In this document: in pieces, positions 48,127-57,733 of the stretch
Layout: the number at the start of each line of letters is the position of its first letter
How positions within the stretch are numbered: position 1 is the stretch's first letter
DNA from: Spirochaetia bacterium
Lineage (GTDB): Bacteria > Spirochaetota > Spirochaetia > WTKD01 > G963693115
Assembly: GCA_965226055.1 (NCBI GenBank)
Contig: CBDDCA010000006.1
Location: 352,001 to 416,000, forward strand
Length of the DNA stretch: 64,000 nt
Direction: 5' to 3'
Notes under the pieces: model-generated
What the model was told of the DNA's origin: nothing
Databases searched by the model: none
The model's input: the letters and a program-made list of their open reading frames with translations, nothing else
Program-made: the position numbers and the translations under genes

Positions 48127-49008
48127 TTACTGGCTATTTATCCAATCAAAAAACCCTACCATTCTACTTGTAAAGCTATTATTGATAATGCTTCCAAAGA
48201 AAATTCCAAAGCCACTTATTCTCACTGCCCCTAGCCCATAGATAAGCACCCCTTCACTTGTCCTTGCAATTTGACTTGTTATAAACATATCACGTGGTAT
48301 GACCGCAGCAAAACCACGATAACTTATATAAGTAAGATTTTCTCCTATAAAGGAAAGATCATTAGCATTATACACATACTCATATTGAGACACTACATCC
48401 CCAAAAGGCGGCATATCCTGTAAAATAAATGAAGATTCTTCTGTTGTTGTATATGGAAATGAACGAATAAGAGGAAGAGGAGAAATAATAGTTCTCTCTT
48501 CTTTACTTATAATTCTATGAGAAGTATTGAAAAGAGGATGTACATTTTTATCTTTAAGGTTTGTATATCGTATTTCTGAAAAGAGCGTAATATTCCGCAA
48601 TAAATTATAATAATGCATCATGATACTATCTTGCTGTGAAGAGAACGATGTAATATCAGAAAGAGCATTCTCTTGTTTTGATTGCATAACATCAATCTTC
48701 TTTTGTAGCATATCATTAGGAATAAAAAAAAGTATTTCATACAAAATGGTAGGATTCGTCTTTTTTACATAACTCCGTATTGTATCCGCATGTTTTACAT
48801 GAGGCAGAAATTGTAACTCTTTATTTGATGATGATTTAGATGCTCGGCTTACTGGAGTACCATCTAATAGAGTAGCTCTCTCTTGCACAGAAAGCTGTGG
48901 CAACACTTGTTCAAACTCATATACTTGGCTATATATGTATCCATGTACTATAACAAAAATAAAAATGATACTCAATATTCTCATATTAATAAGTATATAC
49001 AGAAACAA
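48127..49008 (-). CDS. Secreted protein, DUF6675-like
   Basis: Signal peptide, LQDMPPFG, ENLTYISY, GVLIYG, SFTSRMVGFFDW. Confidence 0.6.
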   Translation of the reverse strand: MFLYILINMRILSIIFIFVIVHGYIYSQVYEFEQVLPQLSVQERATLLDGTPVSRASKSSSNKELQFLPHVKHADTIRSYVKKTNPTILYEILFFIPNDMLQKKIDVMQSKQENALSDITSFSSQQDSIMMHYYNLLRNITLFSEIRYTNLKDKNVHPLFNTSHRIISKEERTIISPLPLIRSFPYTTTEESSFILQDMPPFGDVVSQYEYVYNANDLSFIGENLTYISYRGFAAVIPRDMFITSQIARTSEGVLIYGLGAVRISGFGIFFGSIINNSFTSRMVGFFDWINSQ

Positions 49009-49039
49009 TAAATAAATATTGTATAATATAAGTTATTAT

Positions 49040-50455
49040 ATGAATAACAGAAAGATCCTTAAACTATGCCTTGCTCTTACTGATTACTTTCTTCTTGCTC
49101 TTTCGATGTATATTGTACTACAAATACGACTTCCAAACGCTTCTTATTATATTGATTTGCATTATACTATTTTCTTTCCTTTATTTAGCTTTTGGGTACT
49201 CATTTTTTATCTCTTTGAATTATATACCATTGGTCTGCCACAACAAATTACGCGCTTATATTTTGCACTCATTGTATGTGTTTTGCTAAGCTCTCTTCTT
49301 TTCTATCTTTTTAGTCTTTCCTTTATTATCACCCCAAAAACAAACCTTGCATTGATTGCTGTATTGTTCACCTTTCTTCATTATCTTTTTCGCCAATTAT
49401 TTGAATACATTTATGTCAGATTTTTCAAAGGCCATACGATAATAGTAACAGTATCAGATATCGTTTCCTTAACATTAGTAGAAAAATTACAAAGTAATCA
49501 TTACATAAAATACAATATTATCTCAGTTATCACTACACAGGAGTTTTATGATTCGGTATGTCAAGTAATCAATAAGGAAAAAGTCTTTACCAATATAGCC
49601 ACTTTTGAAAAAGAAATAAAAAAATATCCAGAACTAAAAAGTATTATAGTAACTGGTCACTGGTTTGTACACTTATCAAATATATTATATGAAGCACTTC
49701 ATCATTCTATCAATATAGTAAATGCAACAAATTTCTTTGAACAACTGTTTCATTCCATTCCTATCAGAGGAGCAAACCACTACTGGATTATAAATAACTT
49801 GAATAGCATTTCGCAAGGAGCGTATTCTTTTTTTAAGAGAATACTAGACATCATCGGAACATGCATACTTATTCCTCTTTTTGCTCTCCCTATGATAGCA
49901 GTAGCTATAACAATAAAACTGTTTGGAGGCAAAGGTGCCATACTCAATTCTCATACACAAATAGGGCGACATCTGAAATTATTTCATCGATATAAATTTA
50001 GAATTACAAAAACAAGTAAACAAGAAAAAATACATCATACACATATTGATATAAAAAGCACCCCTGCTTTCGAAGCTCACATACATGAAATATTAGAAGA
50101 AGACAATAAACATACTACAAAATTAGGAAAATTTTTAAGAGCCACTCGACTAGACGAATTACCTCAACTTTTTAATATATTAAAAGGTGATATGAGTTTT
50201 ATTGGACCTCAACCAGAATCAGTGGAAATTGCAGAGTTACTTGCAAAAAAGCTCCCACATTATCAATTACGCTATCTCACTAAACCAGGGCTGTTAGGGT
50301 GGGCCCAAGTGAATGCTCACTTTAAGCATTCTGTTAATGACTTTGAAAGAAAACTCTGCTATGACTTGTTCTACATAAAACATATGGATATTGTTACCGA
50401 TACAAGCATAGCAATAAAAACACTACGTACTCTTGTCACTACATTTGGAAAATAA
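49040..50455 (+). CDS. Polyprenyl-phosphate sugar phosphotransferase (WcaJ/WbaP-like)
   Basis: N-terminal TM segments, FKRILDI, YKFR, FLRATRLDELPQLFNILKGDMSFIGP, KPGLLGWAQV, YDLFYI. Confidence 0.9.
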   Translation: MNNRKILKLCLALTDYFLLALSMYIVLQIRLPNASYYIDLHYTIFFPLFSFWVLIFYLFELYTIGLPQQITRLYFALIVCVLLSSLLFYLFSLSFIITPKTNLALIAVLFTFLHYLFRQLFEYIYVRFFKGHTIIVTVSDIVSLTLVEKLQSNHYIKYNIISVITTQEFYDSVCQVINKEKVFTNIATFEKEIKKYPELKSIIVTGHWFVHLSNILYEALHHSINIVNATNFFEQLFHSIPIRGANHYWIINNLNSISQGAYSFFKRILDIIGTCILIPLFALPMIAVAITIKLFGGKGAILNSHTQIGRHLKLFHRYKFRITKTSKQEKIHHTHIDIKSTPAFEAHIHEILEEDNKHTTKLGKFLRATRLDELPQLFNILKGDMSFIGPQPESVEIAELLAKKLPHYQLRYLTKPGLLGWAQVNAHFKHSVNDFERKLCYDLFYIKHMDIVTDTSIAIKTLRTLVTTFGK

Positions 50456-50491
50456 TACAACATATAGTTTTTTTACACATAGAATACACTT

Positions 50492-51385
50492 TTACATATA
50501 GAACAACAGAAAGAAGGAAAGAGGGATAAGATATAAAGAAAATATCCAAAGTATTCCTTTCTTTACTATGTACCGTAATGTATATAACATAAGCAGTCCA
50601 GATACAAATGCCGTTATCATTCCAATGAGTATGTACCACAAAGAAAATACTGTTCCTACCTCTTGTAATTCATCAAGACTAAACAAAAAAGAGGCAAGAA
50701 TCGTTGGTATCGATATAAGAAACGAAAAATACATTGCATCATGTTTCTTTGCTCCTAATAGTAAGGCTACAGATATAGTAATACCTGAACGCGAAATACC
50801 GGGTAATGCAGCAAACCCTTGTACAATACCTACTATGATAGCTATCTGCATTGTAATACTTCCTATGCTGTATGTGGTATTTTCCTTTTGAGAATAATTA
50901 TTACTAAAATACAATGAAGCGGTACTATCTCTCACAGGCTGTACTCTATTATATCTATTTACAAAATAAAAATATATGTTTGGTAAGATCAGTATGATAG
51001 CAGTCAACAAAAAACTCCCTCCTATCATAAGGCGTTCATGTTCTATAAACCATGTACTATCAAAGACTGCAAACTTTATGTAAAATGCAACAGGAGCAGT
51101 AAAAAAGGTACTTATGACTATCATACCAATAATTTGCATATCCTTTTTACAATTACTATCTGCTTTTCCACTAAAAAAATGGAAAAGAGACTGTATCAAA
51201 GACCATACAATAGTACGAGTAAAAAATAATACTGCAAATAGTGTAGCAATATGCAGTATAATATCAAATACAAATGGCACAGGCTCTTCAGAAAAGAGGA
51301 GTGCAAATACACGTAAATGTCCAGAACTTGAAACAGGAAGAAATTCTGTTATCCCTTGTAAAAATCCCATAAGTGGTGCTAACAT
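50492..51385 (-). CDS. uppP: Undecaprenyl-diphosphatase
   Basis: QGITEFLPVSSSGHL, HIATL, PGISRSGIT, FSFLISIP. Confidence 0.95.
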   Translation of the reverse strand: MLAPLMGFLQGITEFLPVSSSGHLRVFALLFSEEPVPFVFDIILHIATLFAVLFFTRTIVWSLIQSLFHFFSGKADSNCKKDMQIIGMIVISTFFTAPVAFYIKFAVFDSTWFIEHERLMIGGSFLLTAIILILPNIYFYFVNRYNRVQPVRDSTASLYFSNNYSQKENTTYSIGSITMQIAIIVGIVQGFAALPGISRSGITISVALLLGAKKHDAMYFSFLISIPTILASFLFSLDELQEVGTVFSLWYILIGMITAFVSGLLMLYTLRYIVKKGILWIFSLYLIPLSFFLLFYM

Positions 51386-51397
51386 ATTCTCCTCCTA

Positions 51398-53626
51398 TTA
51401 TTTTCTCACTGTACTGACATATGCTATTATATCTTTTGGATCTACATCATAGTAAAGTATGCCATATATCATAGCAGAACTTAGCACTTTTCGTACATAA
51501 CGCCTCGTTTCTCTAAATGGCACTCTTGCAGAAAACAAAAACAAATTACTGGTATCAAATGCCTTTTCCCATTTCCATACATTCCCAATTCCTCCATTGT
51601 ATGCAAGTATAGCTTTCATAGGATTTTTCAACACTCGTATTAAGTACATAAAATACTCATACCCTAAAGTGAGATTATCTTGGGGATTCACCAAAGAAAA
51701 TGAGCCATAATCAATACGCGTTGCAATATCTTCTGCAGTAGCAAACAGTAGTTGTGTCAACCCTACTGCGTTCGCTGACGATCGTATAGTAGGAGAATAA
51801 CTGCTTTCTTCACGCATAAGACCAAACAATAATGAACGTTCAACAGTATTTTCAGTGAGAGAATGTATGATATCTTTATACGCTTGGGGATATATAAGGC
51901 GTACATCCTCTACATGAGAAAAAACATGAGGGGTAAAATAAGCAGCTTTATTTGCTAATACATACGCTTTATAGTACTCATTATTACGTTCCATAACGGC
52001 ATAGACTTGCTTTATCTTTTCAAATGATACAAGGCTGATATTAGCCAACATCACAGAATGAGCATAATCAAACAAACCAAATTTGATATATCCTTCCACT
52101 AAGAGATCAATAGTCTGTGTATCAGAAGGTTGCAAAGCATCTTCATGTTCTTCTTCTGAATTAGCAAACCAAGTTTCAAAAAATACATCTGCATCAATAT
52201 CCTCACTTTCTGGTGTAAGAAAAAAATCATAGGTAAAAATATTCTTATAGATATCACTATCAGGCACCGATACCGTAGGCACATCTTTCTCTGCAATGCG
52301 TAACATACTACGCCAATGTGATAGCTCTAACTGTATGGCAGGCTCCCGAAATACATTGCTCAATCTTTTTAGATCCCTTTCTAACTGATCATATTTATGT
52401 TGACGAAGCATCTCATATAAATATTCCTCTAATGTTGCTGCAAATAATTCAGGACGCAATGTTAAAGAAGAAAACTGCAAGTACCTATCAACAAAACGAT
52501 GAGGTTCTCTCTTAATTGTGATATATAAAAAAGTGCGAAAAGAAAGAACATACAGAGTTACATTATTATGCACTATGGTATCAGCATGTTCAGGAAGAGA
52601 CGAAAAAAGTCTTTCATAATATCTTGCACTTGTATCATACTCACCCTGTAAGTACCGCACATACGCAAGATACGCAAGCACATACATTGTATACTGTTCT
52701 GTTATATCAGTATTGTTCAATGCACGCAGTAAATACCTATGCAGCTGCTGCAGCCCTTGCTTTGATTTTCGTGCAAGAGAAAGAACTTCGGACAAAGTCT
52801 TTTGATGTAACAGGTATGTTATTGGTAAACTAAAATATGCTTCTAACGCAGCATTTGTATCATCCAACAACAAGACCTTTGCTTTAATAAGCTGGTATAC
52901 CTCATCAGGTATGCTTATAGTATCTGGTACTCTCTCCAAGAAAAATGGAATAGAATGCATCAATGAATATGCACTGCTTTCAAGCAATAATGTTTCTATA
53001 CTCGTAATTGAATCTTGCTTGTTATTAAAACTATCAAGAAGGTACTTCCAAAACTGCAGAGCAAAGCGTGCTTCTAACACAGTCACTCTGTTTCTCGGAG
53101 TACGCTTCCATGTTGCTCCCTGTGCTTTTTGTACTAACTGTGCTAACACATCATATTCACGCAAAGACCACATACTCATGGCATAGTAATAAAATAACTC
53201 AGAATCTGATGCAAAAAAATCTAAAGAATTAAGGCTTTCATAAAAATCAAATAAAGGACCGTACTCAAAAGTACTGCTATATATTGACCCTACAAGACGT
53301 GCAGATTCCTTGTTCCATGGATCAGCAGAAGTCCGTGCCGAACGCTTAAACGCAATAACCGCTTTTTGTCTATCATCCTGAAAATACCACAATAAGCCCG
53401 CATAATACAATGTGCCATATTGAGAATCATTTGCTGTTCTCAAATTTTTTTCTGAAATAGAATGTAATATTCCTACATTCCCTGACTGAATTATCTCTGA
53501 ATTACTTTCAATCTCTTTAGCAATGTCACCATACCCAGCACAAGAAGTATAAATAATCAGTAACACCGTAATGAAGATACTGTGCAACAACAGAGTCCGA
53601 TGCTTGATAAATACGAAAAAAGACAT
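51398..53626 (-). CDS. Lytic transglycosylase, Slt-like, with a helical N-terminal region
   Basis: LMREES, SANAVGLTQL, AYNGGIGN, PFRETRRYVRKV. Confidence 0.9.
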   Translation of the reverse strand: MSFFVFIKHRTLLLHSIFITVLLIIYTSCAGYGDIAKEIESNSEIIQSGNVGILHSISEKNLRTANDSQYGTLYYAGLLWYFQDDRQKAVIAFKRSARTSADPWNKESARLVGSIYSSTFEYGPLFDFYESLNSLDFFASDSELFYYYAMSMWSLREYDVLAQLVQKAQGATWKRTPRNRVTVLEARFALQFWKYLLDSFNNKQDSITSIETLLLESSAYSLMHSIPFFLERVPDTISIPDEVYQLIKAKVLLLDDTNAALEAYFSLPITYLLHQKTLSEVLSLARKSKQGLQQLHRYLLRALNNTDITEQYTMYVLAYLAYVRYLQGEYDTSARYYERLFSSLPEHADTIVHNNVTLYVLSFRTFLYITIKREPHRFVDRYLQFSSLTLRPELFAATLEEYLYEMLRQHKYDQLERDLKRLSNVFREPAIQLELSHWRSMLRIAEKDVPTVSVPDSDIYKNIFTYDFFLTPESEDIDADVFFETWFANSEEEHEDALQPSDTQTIDLLVEGYIKFGLFDYAHSVMLANISLVSFEKIKQVYAVMERNNEYYKAYVLANKAAYFTPHVFSHVEDVRLIYPQAYKDIIHSLTENTVERSLLFGLMREESSYSPTIRSSANAVGLTQLLFATAEDIATRIDYGSFSLVNPQDNLTLGYEYFMYLIRVLKNPMKAILAYNGGIGNVWKWEKAFDTSNLFLFSARVPFRETRRYVRKVLSSAMIYGILYYDVDPKDIIAYVSTVRK

Positions 53627-53647
53627 ATATATACTATAATATATTAT

Positions 53648-54970
53648 ATGAAAATAGGTATTGTAGGCACTGGATATGTAGGACTGATTAGCTCGGTATG
53701 TTTCTCAGACATAGGGCATACTGTTATCTCATATGACATAAACGAAACAACCATTACTACCCTACAACAAGGAAATGTCCCCATCTACGAAAAAGATATT
53801 GAACAGAAACTAAAACATAATTTACAAAGAAAAACAATAACATTTACCACTGACATTACAGAACTCAGTGACTGTGAAATAGTACTCGTAGCAGTAGGAA
53901 CTCCCTCGCTTCCTAATGGAGATGCAGATCTATCACAAGTATCTGCTGCCATACAAGATATTGTATCTGTCATATCCCCTACCACATTGCTCGCCTTACG
54001 TTCCACTGTTCCCATCGGAACAACAAGCTCCATTCGAAAGACATTAACAGAACAAGGAAAACAAGATCAATTACTCGGCTTTTGTCCAGAATTTTTACGC
54101 GAAGGAAGAGGTATTGATGATTTTTTACATCCTAATCTCCTTGTGTTTGCAAGTGATAATGACAAAGGCTTAGAGTTACTCCAAAAAATGTACCAACCTA
54201 TCATAGAAGAGCAATCTACTTCAATCAAACTCATACATACCCATAGCTTTGAAACTGCTGAACTCATAAAGTATAGCATCAATTCTTTTCTTGCAACAAA
54301 AATAACATTTATAAATCAAATAGCCCAGTTTGCCTTAAAAACACATGCTGATACAGACAAAATTATAGAAGCAATGGCTTCCGACAACAGAATCAACAAA
54401 GAATTTCTCACTCCTGGACCGGGATTTGGAGGCAGTTGTTTTCCAAAAGATACCATAGCATTCTTTCAACGAGGACTTGACTATCATGTCAATCTCAGTC
54501 TCATACAAGAAGTAAACATAGCAAACCGAAAACACAAAAATTTCATTGCAACATGGATAATGAACACGCTTACTACACATTATCGTACACAAAAACAACA
54601 ACATCGTATAGGAGTATGGGGGCTTACCTTTAAGGCAAATACAGATGATGTACGAGAATCAGCATCATTAAACATTATTCAATATTTACTAGAAGAAAAC
54701 TTTATTATACATGCACATGATCCTAAAGGAATACCTAACTTTCAGCATTTTCTTACTCACAACAATCTCTCTTATACCACAGACGCTTTATCTATGATAC
54801 CCAATGTTGATGTGCTTATTATTCTTACAGAGTGGGAAGAATACAGACAACATGCCTCGCACAATATAGCCAAACATTTTGCAAATACCATTGTATTTGA
54901 TACGCGTGGTATTTGCTCTGCCTCATTGTTCTCCCAAGCAAATATTCCCTTATATAAGTTTGGGGTGTAG
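53648..54970 (+). CDS. ugd: UDP-glucose 6-dehydrogenase
   Basis: IVGTGYVGL, AVGTP, STVPIGT, PEFLREG, AELIKY, GFGGSCFPKD, GLTFKANTDDVRES. Confidence 0.95.
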   Translation: MKIGIVGTGYVGLISSVCFSDIGHTVISYDINETTITTLQQGNVPIYEKDIEQKLKHNLQRKTITFTTDITELSDCEIVLVAVGTPSLPNGDADLSQVSAAIQDIVSVISPTTLLALRSTVPIGTTSSIRKTLTEQGKQDQLLGFCPEFLREGRGIDDFLHPNLLVFASDNDKGLELLQKMYQPIIEEQSTSIKLIHTHSFETAELIKYSINSFLATKITFINQIAQFALKTHADTDKIIEAMASDNRINKEFLTPGPGFGGSCFPKDTIAFFQRGLDYHVNLSLIQEVNIANRKHKNFIATWIMNTLTTHYRTQKQQHRIGVWGLTFKANTDDVRESASLNIIQYLLEENFIIHAHDPKGIPNFQHFLTHNNLSYTTDALSMIPNVDVLIILTEWEEYRQHASHNIAKHFANTIVFDTRGICSASLFSQANIPLYKFGV

Positions 54971-55084
54971 GTTTGGAGTACATATCTATGCAGCTTACAT
55001 ACCTACATTTTTTAGCATCTGCTAAAACCTTTGATATCGCATTTATTGAATTAGCACATTGAATATTGTACCTATAATCTTCTC

Positions 55085-55492
55085 TTAAATAAAATTGAAA
55101 ATAGTTATCAGTGTTGCTAGTGATGTAAATCCTATGCCTATGATAACTAACAATGTGCTATGTTTTTTTTCTATCTTTTCATCTAATGTATTTACAGATG
55201 CCCTTAGCTGTATGGTATCTTTTTGCAAATGTTCAATATCACTCTCCATTTTCCCTATCTTTTCATCTAATGTATTTACAGATGCCTTTAGCTGTGTGGT
55301 ATCTTTTTGCAAATGTTCAATATCACTCTCCACTTTCCCTATCTTTTCATCTAATGTATTTACAGATGCCTTTAGCTGTGTGGTGTCTTTCTGCAAATGT
55401 TCAATATCACTTGCCATTTTCCCTATCTTTTCATACATATAGTAATCAGTGCCTATTATAGAAGTGCTATTTTCTGTTGCCATTTCCTCCAT
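55085..55492 (-). CDS. Bdr-like coiled-coil repeat protein with a C-terminal membrane anchor
   Basis: Three copies of EKIGK(M/V)xSDIEHLQKDTxQLxASVNTLD followed by a hydrophobic tail. Confidence 0.75.
   Translation of the reverse strand: MEEMATENSTSIIGTDYYMYEKIGKMASDIEHLQKDTTQLKASVNTLDEKIGKVESDIEHLQKDTTQLKASVNTLDEKIGKMESDIEHLQKDTIQLRASVNTLDEKIEKKHSTLLVIIGIGFTSLATLITIFNFI
55171..55434. repeat. 84-bp tandem repeat, about 3.1 copies
   Basis: CTATCTTTTCAT recurs at 55171, 55255, 55339 and 55423, with near-identical units in between. Confidence 0.95.
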
Positions 55493-55585
55493 TATAGCAC
55501 ATTTCTCTGCGGAGAGTATGAAAAGGGAATTACATACTATTTGACATTAAATAATTGTGTATTTCTATTGGTGAAATATTGAACA

Positions 55586-56164
55586 TCAAGTGTTATTAGG
55601 ATCATGCTTATCAACTTCAGCAGTATCAATATCTAAGGCAGATAATACTTCTTCTCTTAAATATAATCCTAAAATAGAGTATACATCTTCAGGCAGAAGG
55701 CCTTCATTATATGCTTCTTTATGAAAAATTTCTAACTCATCTTTTTCTATGTATTTCTTTAAATCATTTTTAGCCCATTCTATAGCACTTTGTTGAATTT
55801 CAAAAGCACTTTTTCCTTTACTTTGTTCTATAAAATCTTTAATAAAATTATCTTTAATACGATTAAATATTTCTTCTCCATGAATCTTTTTTGAAATTTC
55901 CTTCCCTTTAGAAGTTAATGACATTGGACTACCAGATCTTATTGTAGAGTTTGGATTTACATATTTATAAATTAAATCTACTTTTGTACTCACAGAAACT
56001 ATTAAATCATGATATTTTTCTATTCGTTCTTTATGAAGAGAAGATTCTTTTACCCATCCCCCAAACTTAAACAAAAACCACCCTACAAGGATGAGTATAC
56101 CTAACAAGACAAATACGCTACTATTAAGATATTGTATAAGTGTACCAAAAATCTTTTCCATCAA
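55586..56164 (-). CDS. Hypothetical single-TM protein
   Basis: 192-aa ORF with an N-terminal TM, SPMSLTSKGKEI and ILGLYLRE; very A-rich coding strand. Confidence 0.7.
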   Translation of the reverse strand: MMEKIFGTLIQYLNSSVFVLLGILILVGWFLFKFGGWVKESSLHKERIEKYHDLIVSVSTKVDLIYKYVNPNSTIRSGSPMSLTSKGKEISKKIHGEEIFNRIKDNFIKDFIEQSKGKSAFEIQQSAIEWAKNDLKKYIEKDELEIFHKEAYNEGLLPEDVYSILGLYLREEVLSALDIDTAEVDKHDPNNT

Positions 56165-56314
56165 AACTACTGGCTCCTAACACTATTATAGTCAATCTAT
56201 AATATTTATGTTAATATAAAAATCATCAGTTGCGGATTCAAGGAGTAAGTGCAAAACAAAAGGATTTTACAAAACAGAACTCACATAATGGCTATATTGC
56301 TATACTACTATTAG

Positions 56315-56509
56315 ATGAGTAACAAGACAAAAAATCAGCGTCTACCCCCCATACGTTTCAAGCAGGACGATGGCTCTGATTTTCCTGACTGGGAAGAGAG
56401 GAAGTTGGGGGATATTTTAGAGTATGAACAACCTACAAAATATATATACTCCCCCTTGCATCCCAGCAGCATTTCCTTTATACTATTTGCATGCAAATAT
56501 CATGTATAA
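56315..56509 (+). pseudogene. Orphan 5' fragment of a type I hsdS
   Basis: [44 protein letters not shown]. 56357-56388 is identical to the reverse complement of 8432-8463. Confidence 0.85.
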
Positions 56510-57024
56510 AAGAAGACATAACAACACTAGATGTTGATGCAATAGTAAATGCAGCAAACTCGTCATTATCGGGAGGAGCTGGTGTAGACGGGGCTATTCA
56601 TAAAAACGGAGGTCCTACCATTGCAGAAGAGTGCAGTATAATTCGTGCAAAACAAGGAGGCTGTCCTCCTGGAGAAGCGGTCATTACTACAGCAGGTAAG
56701 CTCAAAGCAAAGCATATCATACACACAGTAGGTCCCATATGGAACAAGGATAAACATGCAGAAAAAACACTCGCACAATGTTACTATAACTCACTTACAC
56801 TCGCTCACAAACATAGCCTTAGCAGTATTGCTTTTCCAAACATTAGTACTGGAGTATACGGGTTTCCGAAAGAACTAGCAGTACAAACAGTAAAAAAAGT
56901 GTTTAATACAATACAAGACGAAATAGCCAAAACAGGAAAATTGCAGTTCCCTACAATACAAAAAGTATTGTTTTGTTGTTTTGATACAGAAAATTATCTG
57001 CTATATACTAACGCATTCTCTTAA
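56491..57024 (+). CDS. Macrodomain O-acetyl-ADP-ribose deacetylase (YmdB-like)
   Basis: [46 protein letters not shown]. Confidence 0.93.
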   Translation: MQISCIKEDITTLDVDAIVNAANSSLSGGAGVDGAIHKNGGPTIAEECSIIRAKQGGCPPGEAVITTAGKLKAKHIIHTVGPIWNKDKHAEKTLAQCYYNSLTLAHKHSLSSIAFPNISTGVYGFPKELAVQTVKKVFNTIQDEIAKTGKLQFPTIQKVLFCCFDTENYLLYTNAFS

Positions 57025-57076
57025 AACAAGTATATACTCAGAGAAGATACTCTATAAAATGTGTGCTGTATACCAC

Positions 57077-57721
57077 TTACTCTATATGTTCCATAAGATG
57101 TGGATAATACGGAGATTTTAAGAACTCTTTCCATCGAAAATAGAGTATGATAGGGGTAGTAATAAAAAGAATAATGGCATAGCCTGTGCTTATTGCAACA
57201 AAAAACTGTGGCACTATACATACAACAAGACTATACACAATAGTTTCTGCCCCCTCTACTATATTAGTAGCATAGTATAAAGCCTTGTTAGGAAAAGCAT
57301 AGCTTCTTAAGTGGAGTTTTGCTGCTGCTGCTGCACTTGCCATAAAATTGACTCCAGTAAATGTATATGCAGCTAATACAAAAGCACCAGCCACTGCATT
57401 ATGAGAATCAGCAACAACAAACCCTAATGGAATACTTATATAAAAGATATAATCAACCATTATATCAAGATACCCCGATGCAGGATGACTACTATGTCTC
57501 TCTCGGGCTATTGCTCCGTCCAAACCATCCAAAAACCTACTAAGAAGAATCAGTACAATAGCAAGCCCATACCATTTAGCCCATATACAAAAAAATATGG
57601 ATATATTTACTGGTATATTACTCACTGTCACTGCATTTGCACTAAGCCCCTTATTTGAAACAAACCTTGCTATATTCTGCAGTGGTTTTCTACATAGCTT
57701 ATTTAAGTATACATCAAACAT
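57077..57721 (-). CDS. CDP-alcohol phosphatidyltransferase (YnjF-like)
   Basis: SANAVT, LDGLDGAIAR...GYLDIMVD, VEGAET. Confidence 0.88.
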   Translation of the reverse strand: MFDVYLNKLCRKPLQNIARFVSNKGLSANAVTVSNIPVNISIFFCIWAKWYGLAIVLILLSRFLDGLDGAIARERHSSHPASGYLDIMVDYIFYISIPLGFVVADSHNAVAGAFVLAAYTFTGVNFMASAAAAAKLHLRSYAFPNKALYYATNIVEGAETIVYSLVVCIVPQFFVAISTGYAIILFITTPIILYFRWKEFLKSPYYPHLMEHIE

Positions 57722-57733
57722 AACACAACATTT

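Noticed and set aside
54966-55027. Hairpins after ugd (TGTAGGT/ACCTACA and TTTTAGCA/TGCTAAAA)
   Set aside because: Loops are too long or too short for a confident terminator call.
55171-55434. Possible CRISPR array
   Set aside because: Contiguous in-frame 84-bp units with no unique spacers and no cas genes.
55095-55461. Plus-strand repeat ORFs (115 and 102 aa)
   Set aside because: Antisense shadows kept open by the tandem repeat; the minus-strand ORF has the coherent coiled-coil plus TM design.
56491-57024. Macrodomain as a DarG-type antitoxin linked to the hsdS relic
   Set aside because: It looks like an ordinary stand-alone YmdB-type protein, and there is no DarT or other ADP-ribosyltransferase nearby.
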